Both the position numbers and the translations under genes were made by a program. 64,000 bases of DNA, taken from contig OZ219754.1 in the NCBI GenBank assembly GCA_964291295.2, positions 2,048,001-2,112,000 of the forward strand, in the 5' to 3' direction. The DNA is from an uncultured Candidatus Binatia bacterium. GTDB taxonomy: Bacteria > Desulfobacterota > Binatia > UBA9968 > JAJDTQ01. The notes under the pieces were generated by a model. That model did no database searches. It worked only from the letters and a program-made list of their open reading frames with translations, and was not told the DNA's origin. Of the stretch, positions 1-9,404 are shown piece after piece; positions within the stretch are counted from its first letter, which is position 1; every line of letters begins with the position of its first letter.

Positions 1-50
1 TCCATGGTGATGATGTCGGGTGCGTCTTCCGCTCGAATCAACAGCGCCAT
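1..50 (-). CDS. 5' end of a gene running off the window, possibly ornithine cyclodeaminase/mu-crystallin family
   Basis: GGAGG RBS followed by ATG at 50, reading MALLIRAEDAPDIITM. Family guess rests on this short N-terminus only. Confidence 0.4.
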   Translation of the reverse strand, partial: MALLIRAEDAPDIITM

Positions 51-86
51 GAGGCCTCCGGTCCTTTGCGCGCGCCGTTTGCGCGG

Positions 87-1322
87 TTACAGCGGCGCGG
101 CGCCCGCCGCTGCCACCGGAGCCGTTCTGGGGAGGGCCCGTTCGTCGATGGGCCAGTGGATGATCGCGGCCGCGACGCCCAGGCCCACGCCGGTCCACCA
201 GATGATCTCGTAGGAACCCGTGTAGTCGAACAGCAGGCCGCCGAGCCAGATGCCGATGAAGCTGCCGATCTGGTGGTCCAGGAACACGATGCCGTAGAGC
301 ATGGCCATGTAGCGGGTGCCGAAGACCTGCGCCACGATGCCGCTGGTGAGTGGAATGGTGCTCAGGAAAAGTACGCCCATGAGCGACGAGAACACCACCA
401 CGCTGGCGTAGGTCATGGGAATCAGGAAGAAGCCGGCCATGACCACGGCGCGCATGAAGTAGATGAAGCTCAGCAGGTTCTTCTTGCTGTAGTGATTGCC
501 GAGGACGCCGGCCGCAAGGCAGCCGATGACGTTGAACAGTCCGATGAGCGAGATGGCGGTGCTGCCCATCGCCGGTGGCAGCCCGCCGTCCACCAGGATC
601 GGGGGCAGGTGCGCCGCGATGAACAGTGTCTGGAAGCCGCAGACGAAGAACCCCGCGGTCAGCAGCAGATAGCCCTTGTGGCGCCGGGCCTCGCCAAGGG
701 CCTGTCTCAGGGTCTGATCCGCCTGTGTCCTGCCTGCCGCCGGACGCTTCTCCGCCAGCGCCGCGGCCATCGGTACGAGGAGCCCGGCCATGGCGGCCAT
801 CAGGAGCAGCGCGTCGGCCCATCCCCAGGACGCAATGAGGACCTGCCCGAAGGGCACCACCAGAAATTGCCCGCAGGAGCCCCCGGCGCTGCCGATGCCG
901 AGATGGAGCCCGCGCCGTTCGGGCGGTGCAGCCCGCCCGATGACCGCGAGCACGAGGGAAAAGCTGGTGCCGCTCATGGCCACGCCGGTGAGAAAGGCGG
1001 TGCTGAAGGTCATGCTCCAGGGATCCGTGGACACGGCCATGAGATAGAGCCCGGCGACATAGGCCAAGCCGCTCAGGGCCACCACCCTGCCGGAGCCGTA
1101 ACGGTCGGCCAGGCCTCCGAGAACGGGCTGTGCCAGCCCCCAGATCAGGCTCTGGAGCGCGACGGCGAAGGAGAAGATGCCGCGGGGCCAACCCAGGGTG
1201 TCGCTGATGGGAATGATGAAGAGGCCGTAGGTCTGGCGGATGCCGAAGGCCAGCATCATCACCAAAGTGCCGCAGATCAGGACCACGACCGGCGTGCGCC
1301 AGGATTGTTGCATGGGTCTCAT
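87..1322 (-). CDS. MFS transporter
   Basis: About 12 hydrophobic segments, MFS motif A (GGLADRYGSGRVV), about 410 aa. Confidence 0.9.
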   Translation of the reverse strand: MRPMQQSWRTPVVVLICGTLVMMLAFGIRQTYGLFIIPISDTLGWPRGIFSFAVALQSLIWGLAQPVLGGLADRYGSGRVVALSGLAYVAGLYLMAVSTDPWSMTFSTAFLTGVAMSGTSFSLVLAVIGRAAPPERRGLHLGIGSAGGSCGQFLVVPFGQVLIASWGWADALLLMAAMAGLLVPMAAALAEKRPAAGRTQADQTLRQALGEARRHKGYLLLTAGFFVCGFQTLFIAAHLPPILVDGGLPPAMGSTAISLIGLFNVIGCLAAGVLGNHYSKKNLLSFIYFMRAVVMAGFFLIPMTYASVVVFSSLMGVLFLSTIPLTSGIVAQVFGTRYMAMLYGIVFLDHQIGSFIGIWLGGLLFDYTGSYEIIWWTGVGLGVAAAIIHWPIDERALPRTAPVAAAGAAPL

Positions 1323-1407
1323 GAGTCATAGAGGCGGCGGGGGATGGAGTCAAGGCGCGGCCGGGGAGGTCCGTGGATGACAGGGGCGTGCGCATCGTGC
1401 ATACATC

Positions 1408-2361
1408 GTGCATGGAGTGTTTGAAATGCCGGGGGCGGCAACCCCGGCCGGTGGAGGTCCGGACATGGTTTTCAGAATAGGCACCGCGGATGCGGGCGGA
1501 ACGTTCGATACCCAGGGCGCGGCCATCGCCGGAATCTTCAACAAGCCGCGGCCGGCTCGGCAACGCTGCGAACTCACCCGGAGCTCGGCCAGCATCGACA
1601 ATGCCAACCGGCTGGACCGGGGCGAGATCGAGTTCGGCTTCATGGCGGCCAACTGGGTTCCCCTGGCGGGGCGCGGGACCGCGCCGTTCGACCACCCCGT
1701 CGGCCTGCGCATGGTTTCACCGGCCAACGTCGGCCCCCTCTTCTTTGTCGCGCTGGCGGATTCGCCAATCGGGAACGTCGCCGACCTCGCGGGCCGGCGG
1801 GTGGCCGTCGGGGGCAGGGGCAGCGGCATGGCCCGGCACGTCCACACCCTTTGCGATGCGCTGAGTATCCCTCTTTCGGCCTTCACCCCGATCTACGCGG
1901 GTTTCTCCGAAGGAGCCGGTGCCCTGGTGGCGGGGGACGTGGATGTCCAGTTCCAGTGCCCCATCCCCAACGCCGTCATGACCGACCTGAGCGAGCGGGC
2001 GCGGGTCAAGGTTGTCCCGTACCGGGAGGAGCAGATCGGGGCGGTGCTCTCGAAGGCGCCGTTCTACCGCCGGGTGGTGATGGCCCGGGGTGTTTTCAGG
2101 GGGGTCGAGAATGACATGGCCCAGGTCGGGGTGCTCAACGTGGTGGTGACGCACGAACGCGTGGACCCGGAGCTTGTCTACGCATTCGTCTCCACGCTGG
2201 TACGCAACACCGGGGCGTTGGCGCGTATCAGTCCCCTGTTCGAGAGCCTGGCCCGGTGCTGCGAACCGTTGCGGACGCAGGGGCCCGGGGCCCTGGAACT
2301 GGATGGGGTGCCGCTGCATCCCGGAGCACTCGAGGCCTACCGGGATGCCGGCTTCCTGTGA
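1408..2361 (+). CDS. TAXI-family TRAP solute-binding protein, no evident signal peptide
   Basis: N-terminal IGTADAGGTF, DLAGRRVAVGGRGSG, C-terminal VPLHPGALEAYRD. True start may be 1426 or later. Confidence 0.8.
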   Translation: MHGVFEMPGAATPAGGGPDMVFRIGTADAGGTFDTQGAAIAGIFNKPRPARQRCELTRSSASIDNANRLDRGEIEFGFMAANWVPLAGRGTAPFDHPVGLRMVSPANVGPLFFVALADSPIGNVADLAGRRVAVGGRGSGMARHVHTLCDALSIPLSAFTPIYAGFSEGAGALVAGDVDVQFQCPIPNAVMTDLSERARVKVVPYREEQIGAVLSKAPFYRRVVMARGVFRGVENDMAQVGVLNVVVTHERVDPELVYAFVSTLVRNTGALARISPLFESLARCCEPLRTQGPGALELDGVPLHPGALEAYRDAGFL

Positions 2362-2394
2362 GCGGAGGCGGCCGCAGCCGGCGTCAGGCGCGGA

Positions 2395-3756
2395 CTACCC
2401 GGTTGCCGTGGTCTGTTGCTGGCCGCGCCGCTCCAGGTAGTCCCTGGCGACGTCCGGGAACAGCGTGTAGGAGAGCAGGTCTTCCTCGGTGACGGCCAGG
2501 TCGCCGATCTCCTTCCGGGCCTCCTCCATCCTGGGCTTCAGGAGGTCGGCGGGACGGCAATGGATGGGTTCCTTCTTGCCCAGGACCCGGGCCTTCATCT
2601 CCTCGCTCACCGGGCCTGGCGGCTCGCCGTAGTGTCCCATGACGTAGTTGCGCACTTCCATGGTCACCACGCCGTAACGCTTGCCGGTGAGGACGTTCAG
2701 GGTGGCCTGGGAGCCGACGATCTGGCTGGTGGGGGTCACCAGCGGCGGATAGCCGAGATCCTGGCGTACCGCCTGCACCTCTTCGAGCACCTTGTCCAGT
2801 CGGTTCTCGGCGTTCTGTTGCCGCAGCTGGGTCACAAGGTTCGAGAGCATGCCGCCGGGAATCTGCGACTCGACGATGTCCGCGTTGACGCGGTTGCTGA
2901 TGGGGCTCTCGAACTCGCTGTACTTGCCGCGCACCTGCGTGAAGTAGTCGGCGATGTGGGCGAGCTGCTTCAGGTCGAGCCCGGTGTCGTGGGGGCTGCC
3001 CTTGAGGGCCACCACCACCGCCTCGGTCGCGGGTTGGGATGTGCCGTGGGACAGCGTGGAGATGGCCGTGTCGATGATGTCCACACCCGCCTCCACGGCC
3101 ATGATGTAGGCCATCTGGGCCATGCCGGTGGTGCAGTGGGAGTGCAGGTGGACGGGGACGTCGAAGCGCTTCTTCAGCGCGCTGATGAGGTCGTACGCCA
3201 CATAGGGGGACAGCAGGCCCGCCATGTCCTTGACCGCGAGCACATCGGTGCCGGCGTCCACGAGCCTTGCCGCGAAGTCGACGAAGTACTGCAGCGAGTG
3301 GACCGGGCTGATGGTGTAGGACACTGCCGCCTCCAGGGTCTTGCCGGTGCGCTTCACCGCGTCCATGGAGGTCTTCATGTTGCGGATGTCGTTCATGGCG
3401 TCGAACACCCGGAAGATGTCGATGCCGTTCTCCGCGGACTTCTCGACAAAGGACTCCACGGCGTCGTCCGGGTAGTTGTGGTACCCGACGATGTTCTGTC
3501 CCCGCAGCAGCATCTGGAGACGGGTGTCGGGCATGGCTTCCCGGATCAGCCGGAGCCTCTCCCACGGGCACTCGTTCAGATATCGGAGGCATGCGTCGAA
3601 AGTCGCACCGCCCCACATCTCCACGGACCAGAAACCGATCCTGTCGAGATCCCGGGCGATGGGCAGCATGTCTTCGGTGCGCATGCGCGTCGCAAGCAGC
3701 GACTGGTGTGCGTCTCTCAGTACGGTTTCGGTGATCCCGACCCTCTTCCCTTCCAT
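2395..3756 (-). CDS. Pyruvate/oxaloacetate carboxyltransferase (PycB/OadA/transcarboxylase 5S-like) without a biotinyl domain
   Basis: TETVLRDAHQSLLATRM, EMWGGATFD, KDMAGLL, HLHSHCT, IPGGMLSNL, PPLVTPTSQIVG. AGGAGAG RBS before ATG 3756. No EAMKM motif. Confidence 0.9.
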   Translation of the reverse strand: MEGKRVGITETVLRDAHQSLLATRMRTEDMLPIARDLDRIGFWSVEMWGGATFDACLRYLNECPWERLRLIREAMPDTRLQMLLRGQNIVGYHNYPDDAVESFVEKSAENGIDIFRVFDAMNDIRNMKTSMDAVKRTGKTLEAAVSYTISPVHSLQYFVDFAARLVDAGTDVLAVKDMAGLLSPYVAYDLISALKKRFDVPVHLHSHCTTGMAQMAYIMAVEAGVDIIDTAISTLSHGTSQPATEAVVVALKGSPHDTGLDLKQLAHIADYFTQVRGKYSEFESPISNRVNADIVESQIPGGMLSNLVTQLRQQNAENRLDKVLEEVQAVRQDLGYPPLVTPTSQIVGSQATLNVLTGKRYGVVTMEVRNYVMGHYGEPPGPVSEEMKARVLGKKEPIHCRPADLLKPRMEEARKEIGDLAVTEEDLLSYTLFPDVARDYLERRGQQQTTATG

Positions 3757-3915
3757 CCATCTCTCCTGGTGAGCGCGTGGGAACGAGAGTCCCGCACCCG
3801 CTCGGTTGTGACGTGCGTGTATGGCCGCGCAACGATGTAAATCGCCAAGGATACGGCAGGCAGGTTGCATTTGCAAGCAAAATCGCGCTTGTGCGCGTCT
3901 TTTCGGAGCGGGCGC

Positions 3916-5394
3916 TTACGCGGCGGTGTCGTGCGCCGACGCGGCGCGGACCGGTGTCGCAGCGGCGCACGGCAGATGGATCGAGACCCGGGTGCCCTTG
4001 CCCGGACGGCTTTCGATCTTCAGAACGCCGCCGTGGGCCTGGGTGATGTGCTTCACGATGGCGAGGCCGAGACCGGTGCCGCCGAGCTCCCGGGAACGCG
4101 CCTTGTCCACCCGGTAGAACCGTTCGGTCAGGCGGGGGAGGTCCTTTTCCGGTATGCCGCAGCCGGTATCCGACACGGTCAACACCACCCGGGGCCCGTT
4201 ACCGTCGTTCCACTCCGGCGCGACGTCGGCCCGGACCTGCACCTCGCCGCGGTCGGGGGTGTACTTGAGGGCGTTGTCGACGAGATTGATGAGCAATTGC
4301 TGCAGGCGGTCTTCGTCACCCAGAATGGCCGGAGTATCCGCGCCGGACTCGGCGCGGATACGGATGTGCCTCCGGGCGGCCCGGTCCTGGAACAATTCCA
4401 TCACGCGTTTCAGCAACCGCTCCGCGGGCAGCGGCTGCATGCTCAGTCTGGCATTGCCCGTTTCCAGGTCGGATACGGCAAGCAGGTCGTCGATGAGGCG
4501 CCGGAGGCGCTCCGTGTGCCGGGCGACGACGTCGAGGAACTGCCGCGCCATGACCGGGTCGTCGGGCGGGTCGTGCAGGAGCGTCTCGGCATAGCCCTGG
4601 ATGGCGGTCAACGGCGTGCGCATCTCATGGGAGACGTTGGCGACGAAGTCGGCGCGAACCTGCTCCAGGCGTTTCAATCCGGTCACCTCATGCAGGACCA
4701 GCACGTAACCGGGCCGCTCCTGCCGCGTGTGCTCCAGCCGCGCCGCGTTGACCGCGAACCAGCGATCGTCGCCGAGGGTCAGTTCCCGATTCAGCGCATC
4801 GCGGGCGCCGTCTCCCTCCACCACTTCCCGGATGAGGGCCTGCATTTCCGGATGGCGTGACACCTCGACGGTGGACATGCCGCGCACGCGGAAGTCGGCC
4901 GGCAGGTTGAACATGGTCTGGGCCATCTGGTTCACCAGGATGACCTTGCCGCGGGTGTCCAGCACGACCACCCCTTCGATCATGCAGTTCAGGATGGACT
5001 GGAGCCGCTCGCGTTCCGCCGTGACCTCCTGAAGGCGGCCGGTCAGCGTCCGGGCCAGTTCGTTGAGGCCCGCCTCCAGCGCTCCCAGCCCATCCCGGCG
5101 TTGCACCGGAAGGGCCTTGCGGGGCGGCGTTTCGAGGCCGACGCCGCGGCAGAAGGCGACCATGTCGGCTACGCGTCTTCGCCCCCGCCGCTGCCATGTC
5201 ACGACTGCCAGAAGGGTCAGCGCAAGGGCCAGTCCGAAGGCGAACCGCAGCCACCCTGCGGCGGTCTCCGCCGATGCGTCGGAGGGCGGCGCCGCCGCGT
5301 AGCGGGAATAGAAAAAGGCGAGGATGAGGAGTGCCAGCGGGATGTAGCCAAGACACCACCGGGCCACGGCGCTATGTCTCGAGAACGCTTTCAT
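3916..5394 (-). CDS. phoR: Phosphate regulon sensor histidine kinase
   Basis: Two TM, HAMP-like, PAS, FVANVSHEMRTPLT H-box, NLVDNALKY, ERFYRVDKARSRELGGTGLGLAIVKH. Directly downstream of phoB. Confidence 0.9.
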   Translation of the reverse strand: MKAFSRHSAVARWCLGYIPLALLILAFFYSRYAAAPPSDASAETAAGWLRFAFGLALALTLLAVVTWQRRGRRRVADMVAFCRGVGLETPPRKALPVQRRDGLGALEAGLNELARTLTGRLQEVTAERERLQSILNCMIEGVVVLDTRGKVILVNQMAQTMFNLPADFRVRGMSTVEVSRHPEMQALIREVVEGDGARDALNRELTLGDDRWFAVNAARLEHTRQERPGYVLVLHEVTGLKRLEQVRADFVANVSHEMRTPLTAIQGYAETLLHDPPDDPVMARQFLDVVARHTERLRRLIDDLLAVSDLETGNARLSMQPLPAERLLKRVMELFQDRAARRHIRIRAESGADTPAILGDEDRLQQLLINLVDNALKYTPDRGEVQVRADVAPEWNDGNGPRVVLTVSDTGCGIPEKDLPRLTERFYRVDKARSRELGGTGLGLAIVKHITQAHGGVLKIESRPGKGTRVSIHLPCAAATPVRAASAHDTAA

Positions 5395-6082
5395 CCAACT
5401 TGTAGCCGACGCCGCGCACGGTGACGAGCCACTCGGGAGTGCGGCCATTGTGCTCCAGCGCTTTCCGGATCCTTCGGATGTGAACGTCGACCGTACGCGG
5501 CGTCACGTAGACGTCCGAGCGCCACACGCCGTCGAGTATCTGATCGCGGCTCAGTACCCGGTTGCGATTCCGGATCAGGAAGCGAAGGACCTCGAAGCCC
5601 TTGAGGGTGAGCCGGACCGGCCGCCCCGCCACCTGCACTTCGTAGGTGGCCAGGTTGACCTTCACGGGGCCCTTCTCGTAGATCTCCGCCCGGTCGGACG
5701 AGGTCGGAGAGCCGGTGCGCCGCAGCACCGCCTTGACCCGTGCCACCATCTCCGTGGGGCTGAAGGGTTTCGTGATGTAGTCGTCCGCCCCCAGTTCCAG
5801 ACCGACCACCCGGTCGGCCTCTCCCGCCTTGGCGGTGAGCATCAGGATCGGGGTGTGGGCGGTCTGGGGCGCCTGTCGGATGATCTTGCAGAACTCCAGC
5901 CCCGGGAGCCCCGGCAACATCAGGTCCAGCACGATCAGCCGCGGCGTGTCCTTCCGTACCAGGTCCAGTGCGTCTTCGCCGTTCTCGGCTTCCAGCACCC
6001 GGAAACGTTCCTGATTCAGGTGGTACGAGATCAGCTGGCGTATGTCCGCCTCGTCCTCGACGACGAGGATCTTGTCCGCCAT
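5372..6082 (-). CDS. phoB: PhoB/OmpR-family response regulator
   Basis: ILVVEDE, LDLMLPG, GADDYITKPFS, RTVDVHIRRIRK, TVRGVGY. Lies between phoU and phoR. Confidence 0.9.
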   Translation of the reverse strand: MADKILVVEDEADIRQLISYHLNQERFRVLEAENGEDALDLVRKDTPRLIVLDLMLPGLPGLEFCKIIRQAPQTAHTPILMLTAKAGEADRVVGLELGADDYITKPFSPTEMVARVKAVLRRTGSPTSSDRAEIYEKGPVKVNLATYEVQVAGRPVRLTLKGFEVLRFLIRNRNRVLSRDQILDGVWRSDVYVTPRTVDVHIRRIRKALEHNGRTPEWLVTVRGVGYKLDESVLET

Positions 6083-6118
6083 GGAATTCTCCGGCGTCAG
6101 CATTCCCCGATGTGCGGC

Positions 6119-6805
6119 TCAGATAGACCGGGGTACTTCCTTGACGTGGCGAATACTGGTCCCCTTGACCAGGAATATGACCATCTCCGCGATGTTGGTG
6201 GCATGGTCCGCGATCCGTTCCAGGTATTTCGACACGAAAGTAATCTTCATGGCGCGGTTGATGGTCCTGGGCTCGCTGATCATGTAGGAGACCGTCTCCC
6301 GGAAAATCTGCTCGTTGAGGTCGTCGATCTCCTGATCGTCCTGGCACACCTTGAGGGCCAGCGAGGTGTCTTCGTGAACGAACGCGTTGAGGCTCTCGGA
6401 GATCATGCGCCGGGAGATCTCGGCCATCCTCGGGATGTCGATGTAGGGCTTGAGGGGAGCCTCGCGGATCAATTCGATGGACCGTTCCGAGATATTCACC
6501 GCCATGTCGCCGATGCGTTCCAGGTCGGTGGTGATCTTGAGCGCCGTGGTGACGAACCGGAGATCCTTGCCCGCCGGCTGGTGCAGCGCGATCAGGCGCA
6601 CGCACAACTCGTCGATGTCGGCGTCCATCTGGTTGACTTCGGCCTCCCTCTCGATGACGCTCTCGGCGAGCGCCGCTTCACGGTCCACCATGGCCGTGAT
6701 GGAACGGTCGATCTGGTCCTCCACCAGGCCGCCCATCTGTATGATCCTGTAACGCAGCGACTTGAGCTCTTCCTCGTATTTCCGATCGGTGTGTTCAGGG
6801 CGCAT
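6119..6805 (-). CDS. phoU: Phosphate signalling protein PhoU
   Basis: DLERIGDMAVNI and YLERIADHATNIAE duplicated PhoU motifs. Confidence 0.95.
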   Translation of the reverse strand: MRPEHTDRKYEEELKSLRYRIIQMGGLVEDQIDRSITAMVDREAALAESVIEREAEVNQMDADIDELCVRLIALHQPAGKDLRFVTTALKITTDLERIGDMAVNISERSIELIREAPLKPYIDIPRMAEISRRMISESLNAFVHEDTSLALKVCQDDQEIDDLNEQIFRETVSYMISEPRTINRAMKITFVSKYLERIADHATNIAEMVIFLVKGTSIRHVKEVPRSI

Positions 6806-6857
6806 GGCCGTCTCCCGGGCATGGCATCGCCGGGCGGGACTCGGAGGTCCGGTGCCG

Positions 6858-8357
6858 CTAGCCGGTCTCGATCTGGTACGCTTCCTGGTGGAGCCCGGAA
6901 TCGGCCTTGATGATAACCTTGCGGTCGATCTCCCGCTCCAGGGCCTCCAGGCCTTCGTTGGCGTCGTCGTAAAGAAAATTCGCCACACCCGGGTGGACGT
7001 GTACGGTAATGCGGCTGCCGTTGTCGAGTTGGGCGGTTTCCCGCTTGATGTCGCGCAGGATCTGGTATGCGATGGTCGGTTGGGATCTGATGCGGCCGCG
7101 CCCGGCACAGTAGGGACATGGACTCAGCAGGACGTTTCCGAGGTTCTCGCGAGTGCGCTGCCGGGTCATTTCCACGAGCCCGAGCCTGGAGATGGGCAGC
7201 ACGCGCGTCTTGGCCCGGTCCTGCTTCACCGCTTCCTTCAGGGCTTCGTGTATCTTCTTGCGGTTGGCGGCCTGTTCCATGTCGATGAAGTCGATGATGA
7301 TGATTCCGCCGACGTTGCGCAGGCGCAGTTGATGGACGACCTCGCGCGCCGCCTCCAGGTTGATCTTGAATACGGTGGCTTCCAGATCCTTCTTGCCGAC
7401 GTAGCGCCCGGTATTCACGTCCACGGCGGTCAGCGCCTCGGTCTGTTCGATGTGGATGTGCCCGCCGGAATGCAGCCATATCTTTGGTTCCAGCGCCTTG
7501 CGGATCTTGCGCTCGATCTCGTAGCGGTCGAGCAGCGGTTCGGGTTCTTCATACAGCGTCACGCGGCGTCTCAGGCGCGGCATGAACTGGTCCACGAATT
7601 CGACCACGCGCCGGTATTCCTTGACCTGGTCCACCACCACCTCCTCGGTGTTGGCGTCGAAGAAGTCGCGAATGGTGCGCGGAACCAGATCCAGGTCCTG
7701 GTGGATCAGTTCGGAGGTCGAGGCCGTTTCCAGCCGTTTGCGGATCCGGCTCCAGAGCTTTGTCAGGAATCGTACGTCACCCTGGATGTCCTTTTTGCTG
7801 CGTCCCTCGCAGGCCGTCCGAATGATGAAGCCTTCTCCCTCCCCGGCCAGTTCCTGGACCATCTCCTTGAGCCGCTTGCGCTCCTTCTCGTCCTCGATCT
7901 TGCGGGAAATGGCCACATGACCGGTGTCGGGCATGAACACGAGAAAGCGGCCGGGCAGGGAGATGTGTGTGGTGACGCGGGCGCCCTTCATCCCGAGGGG
8001 ATCCTTGGCGACCTGCACCAGGATTTCCTGATCCGGGCTGAGCTTTTGTTCGATCCGGAGCCGGTTCTGCTCGGGGGCGGGCTCGAAAACCACCTCCTCA
8101 TCGTTGCCGTCGGCCATGGCCGGCAAGCCCGCCCGGGAGCCGATGTCCGAAGCGTGGAGGAACGCGGCCTTCTCCAGGCCGATGTCGACGAAGGCCGCCT
8201 GCATTCCGGGCAGCACCCGCCCCACGCGGCCCTTGTAGATGTTGCCGACGCAGCCCTTTTCCTGGTTGCGCTCGATGAGGAACTCGGCCAAGCCGTCCTC
8301 TTCCATGACGGCAATGCGGGTTTCCTGGGGAGTCGTGTTGATGAGGATCCGTCTCAT
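6858..8357 (-). CDS. rng: Ribonuclease G (Rne/Rng family)
   Basis: GNIYKGRV..VLPGMQAAFVDIG, S1 domain, DVNTG, IIDFIDM, CPYCAGRG. 499 aa with no RNase E tail. Confidence 0.92.
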   Translation of the reverse strand: MRRILINTTPQETRIAVMEEDGLAEFLIERNQEKGCVGNIYKGRVGRVLPGMQAAFVDIGLEKAAFLHASDIGSRAGLPAMADGNDEEVVFEPAPEQNRLRIEQKLSPDQEILVQVAKDPLGMKGARVTTHISLPGRFLVFMPDTGHVAISRKIEDEKERKRLKEMVQELAGEGEGFIIRTACEGRSKKDIQGDVRFLTKLWSRIRKRLETASTSELIHQDLDLVPRTIRDFFDANTEEVVVDQVKEYRRVVEFVDQFMPRLRRRVTLYEEPEPLLDRYEIERKIRKALEPKIWLHSGGHIHIEQTEALTAVDVNTGRYVGKKDLEATVFKINLEAAREVVHQLRLRNVGGIIIIDFIDMEQAANRKKIHEALKEAVKQDRAKTRVLPISRLGLVEMTRQRTRENLGNVLLSPCPYCAGRGRIRSQPTIAYQILRDIKRETAQLDNGSRITVHVHPGVANFLYDDANEGLEALEREIDRKVIIKADSGLHQEAYQIETG

Positions 8358-8495
8358 GCTTCGGCACCCGGTCCAGACCGCAGGTGGTCCGAGTACGTGG
8401 TCCGGGACGCTGCAATATACCCGAGGATAGGCGAGTTGATGCCAAATGGCAAGTTGAGGGCCAGCCGCGGGCACCGTGTCTGACGGGCGCCGTGT

Positions 8496-8525
8496 TTGAC
8501 AAGTGAGGGTGCCGGAAGATAGACT
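8496..8525 (+). promoter_or_regulatory. Sigma70-type promoter of the HNH gene
   Basis: TTGACA-N18-TAGACT. Confidence 0.6.
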
Positions 8526-8610
8526 CGCGCCATTCCGACCCGGGGCCTTTGTGGATACCGCGATACATCAGGCAGGGAGTCCGGCGGCCGTCGTGCTGGA
8601 CCATTCTCCG

Positions 8611-9207
8611 ATGCACACAAAGGTGCTCATGCTGAATCGTTCCTACCTCCCGATTCACGTCACATCGGTGCGCCGCGCCTTCGCGCTTCTCTATCTGGGT
8701 GTCGCCAAGGCCGTCAACGAGAGATATCAGACGTTCGACTTCAAGGGGTGGAGCGATCTCGCGGTGTCGGTCCACGAAGAGTCCGTGGGGCTGGTCGATC
8801 AACTCGTTCGTGTGCCCCGGGTGATACTCCTGGTCCGGTACGACCGGGTGCCTCGGCGGCAGGTGCGGTTCAGCCGCTACAATATCTATGCGCGCGACAA
8901 GTCGACATGCCAGTATTGCGGCAAGAGGCTTCCGCGTCACCAGCTCAACCTGGACCACGTGGTTCCCCGGTCCCGCGGCGGCACGTCCCGGTGGGAGAAC
9001 GTCGTCTGTTCCTGCGTGGCGTGCAACCGCAGGAAAGGCGGGCGTACGCCCCAGGAAGCGCGGATGAAGTTGTTGCGCGAGCCGTACAAGCCCACCTGGA
9101 CGCCGTTCGTTCAGGAAGGTGACGGGAACATCCGATATCGCGAGTGGCTGCCGTTTCTCTCCACCGTCGACGCCTCCTACTGGAACAGCACGCTGCTGGA
9201 GCAGTAG
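8611..9207 (+). CDS. HNH endonuclease (McrA-like)
   Basis: VLMLNRSY, RDKSTCQYCG, LDHVVPRSRGG, WENVVCSCVACNRRKG. Start could be GTG 8593. Confidence 0.88.
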   Translation: MHTKVLMLNRSYLPIHVTSVRRAFALLYLGVAKAVNERYQTFDFKGWSDLAVSVHEESVGLVDQLVRVPRVILLVRYDRVPRRQVRFSRYNIYARDKSTCQYCGKRLPRHQLNLDHVVPRSRGGTSRWENVVCSCVACNRRKGGRTPQEARMKLLREPYKPTWTPFVQEGDGNIRYREWLPFLSTVDASYWNSTLLEQ

Positions 9208-9233
9208 CGGTTTCTTGCCCCTGATGACTCCTG

Positions 9234-9279
9234 TCCCACATGTTGTGGTGGGCGTACGGCGCCGTCACTTCATGTTGTG
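9234..9279. promoter_or_regulatory. Tandem NrdR-box-like operators upstream of smc
   Basis: TCCCACATGTTGTG (9234-9247) and CACTTCATGTTGTG (9266-9279), 32 bp apart, followed by TTGACA at 9288. Confidence 0.6.
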
Positions 9280-9404
9280 ACTTCGCCTTGACACAGGCAC
9301 CTTCCGTGTGAAACAAACCCGGATGGAGGCCCGCGCCGCCGGCCACCCCCGGGGAGCGCGGGACTGCGGTATTTGTCGCGGTACTTTGTAGCGGGATTCT
9401 TTGT

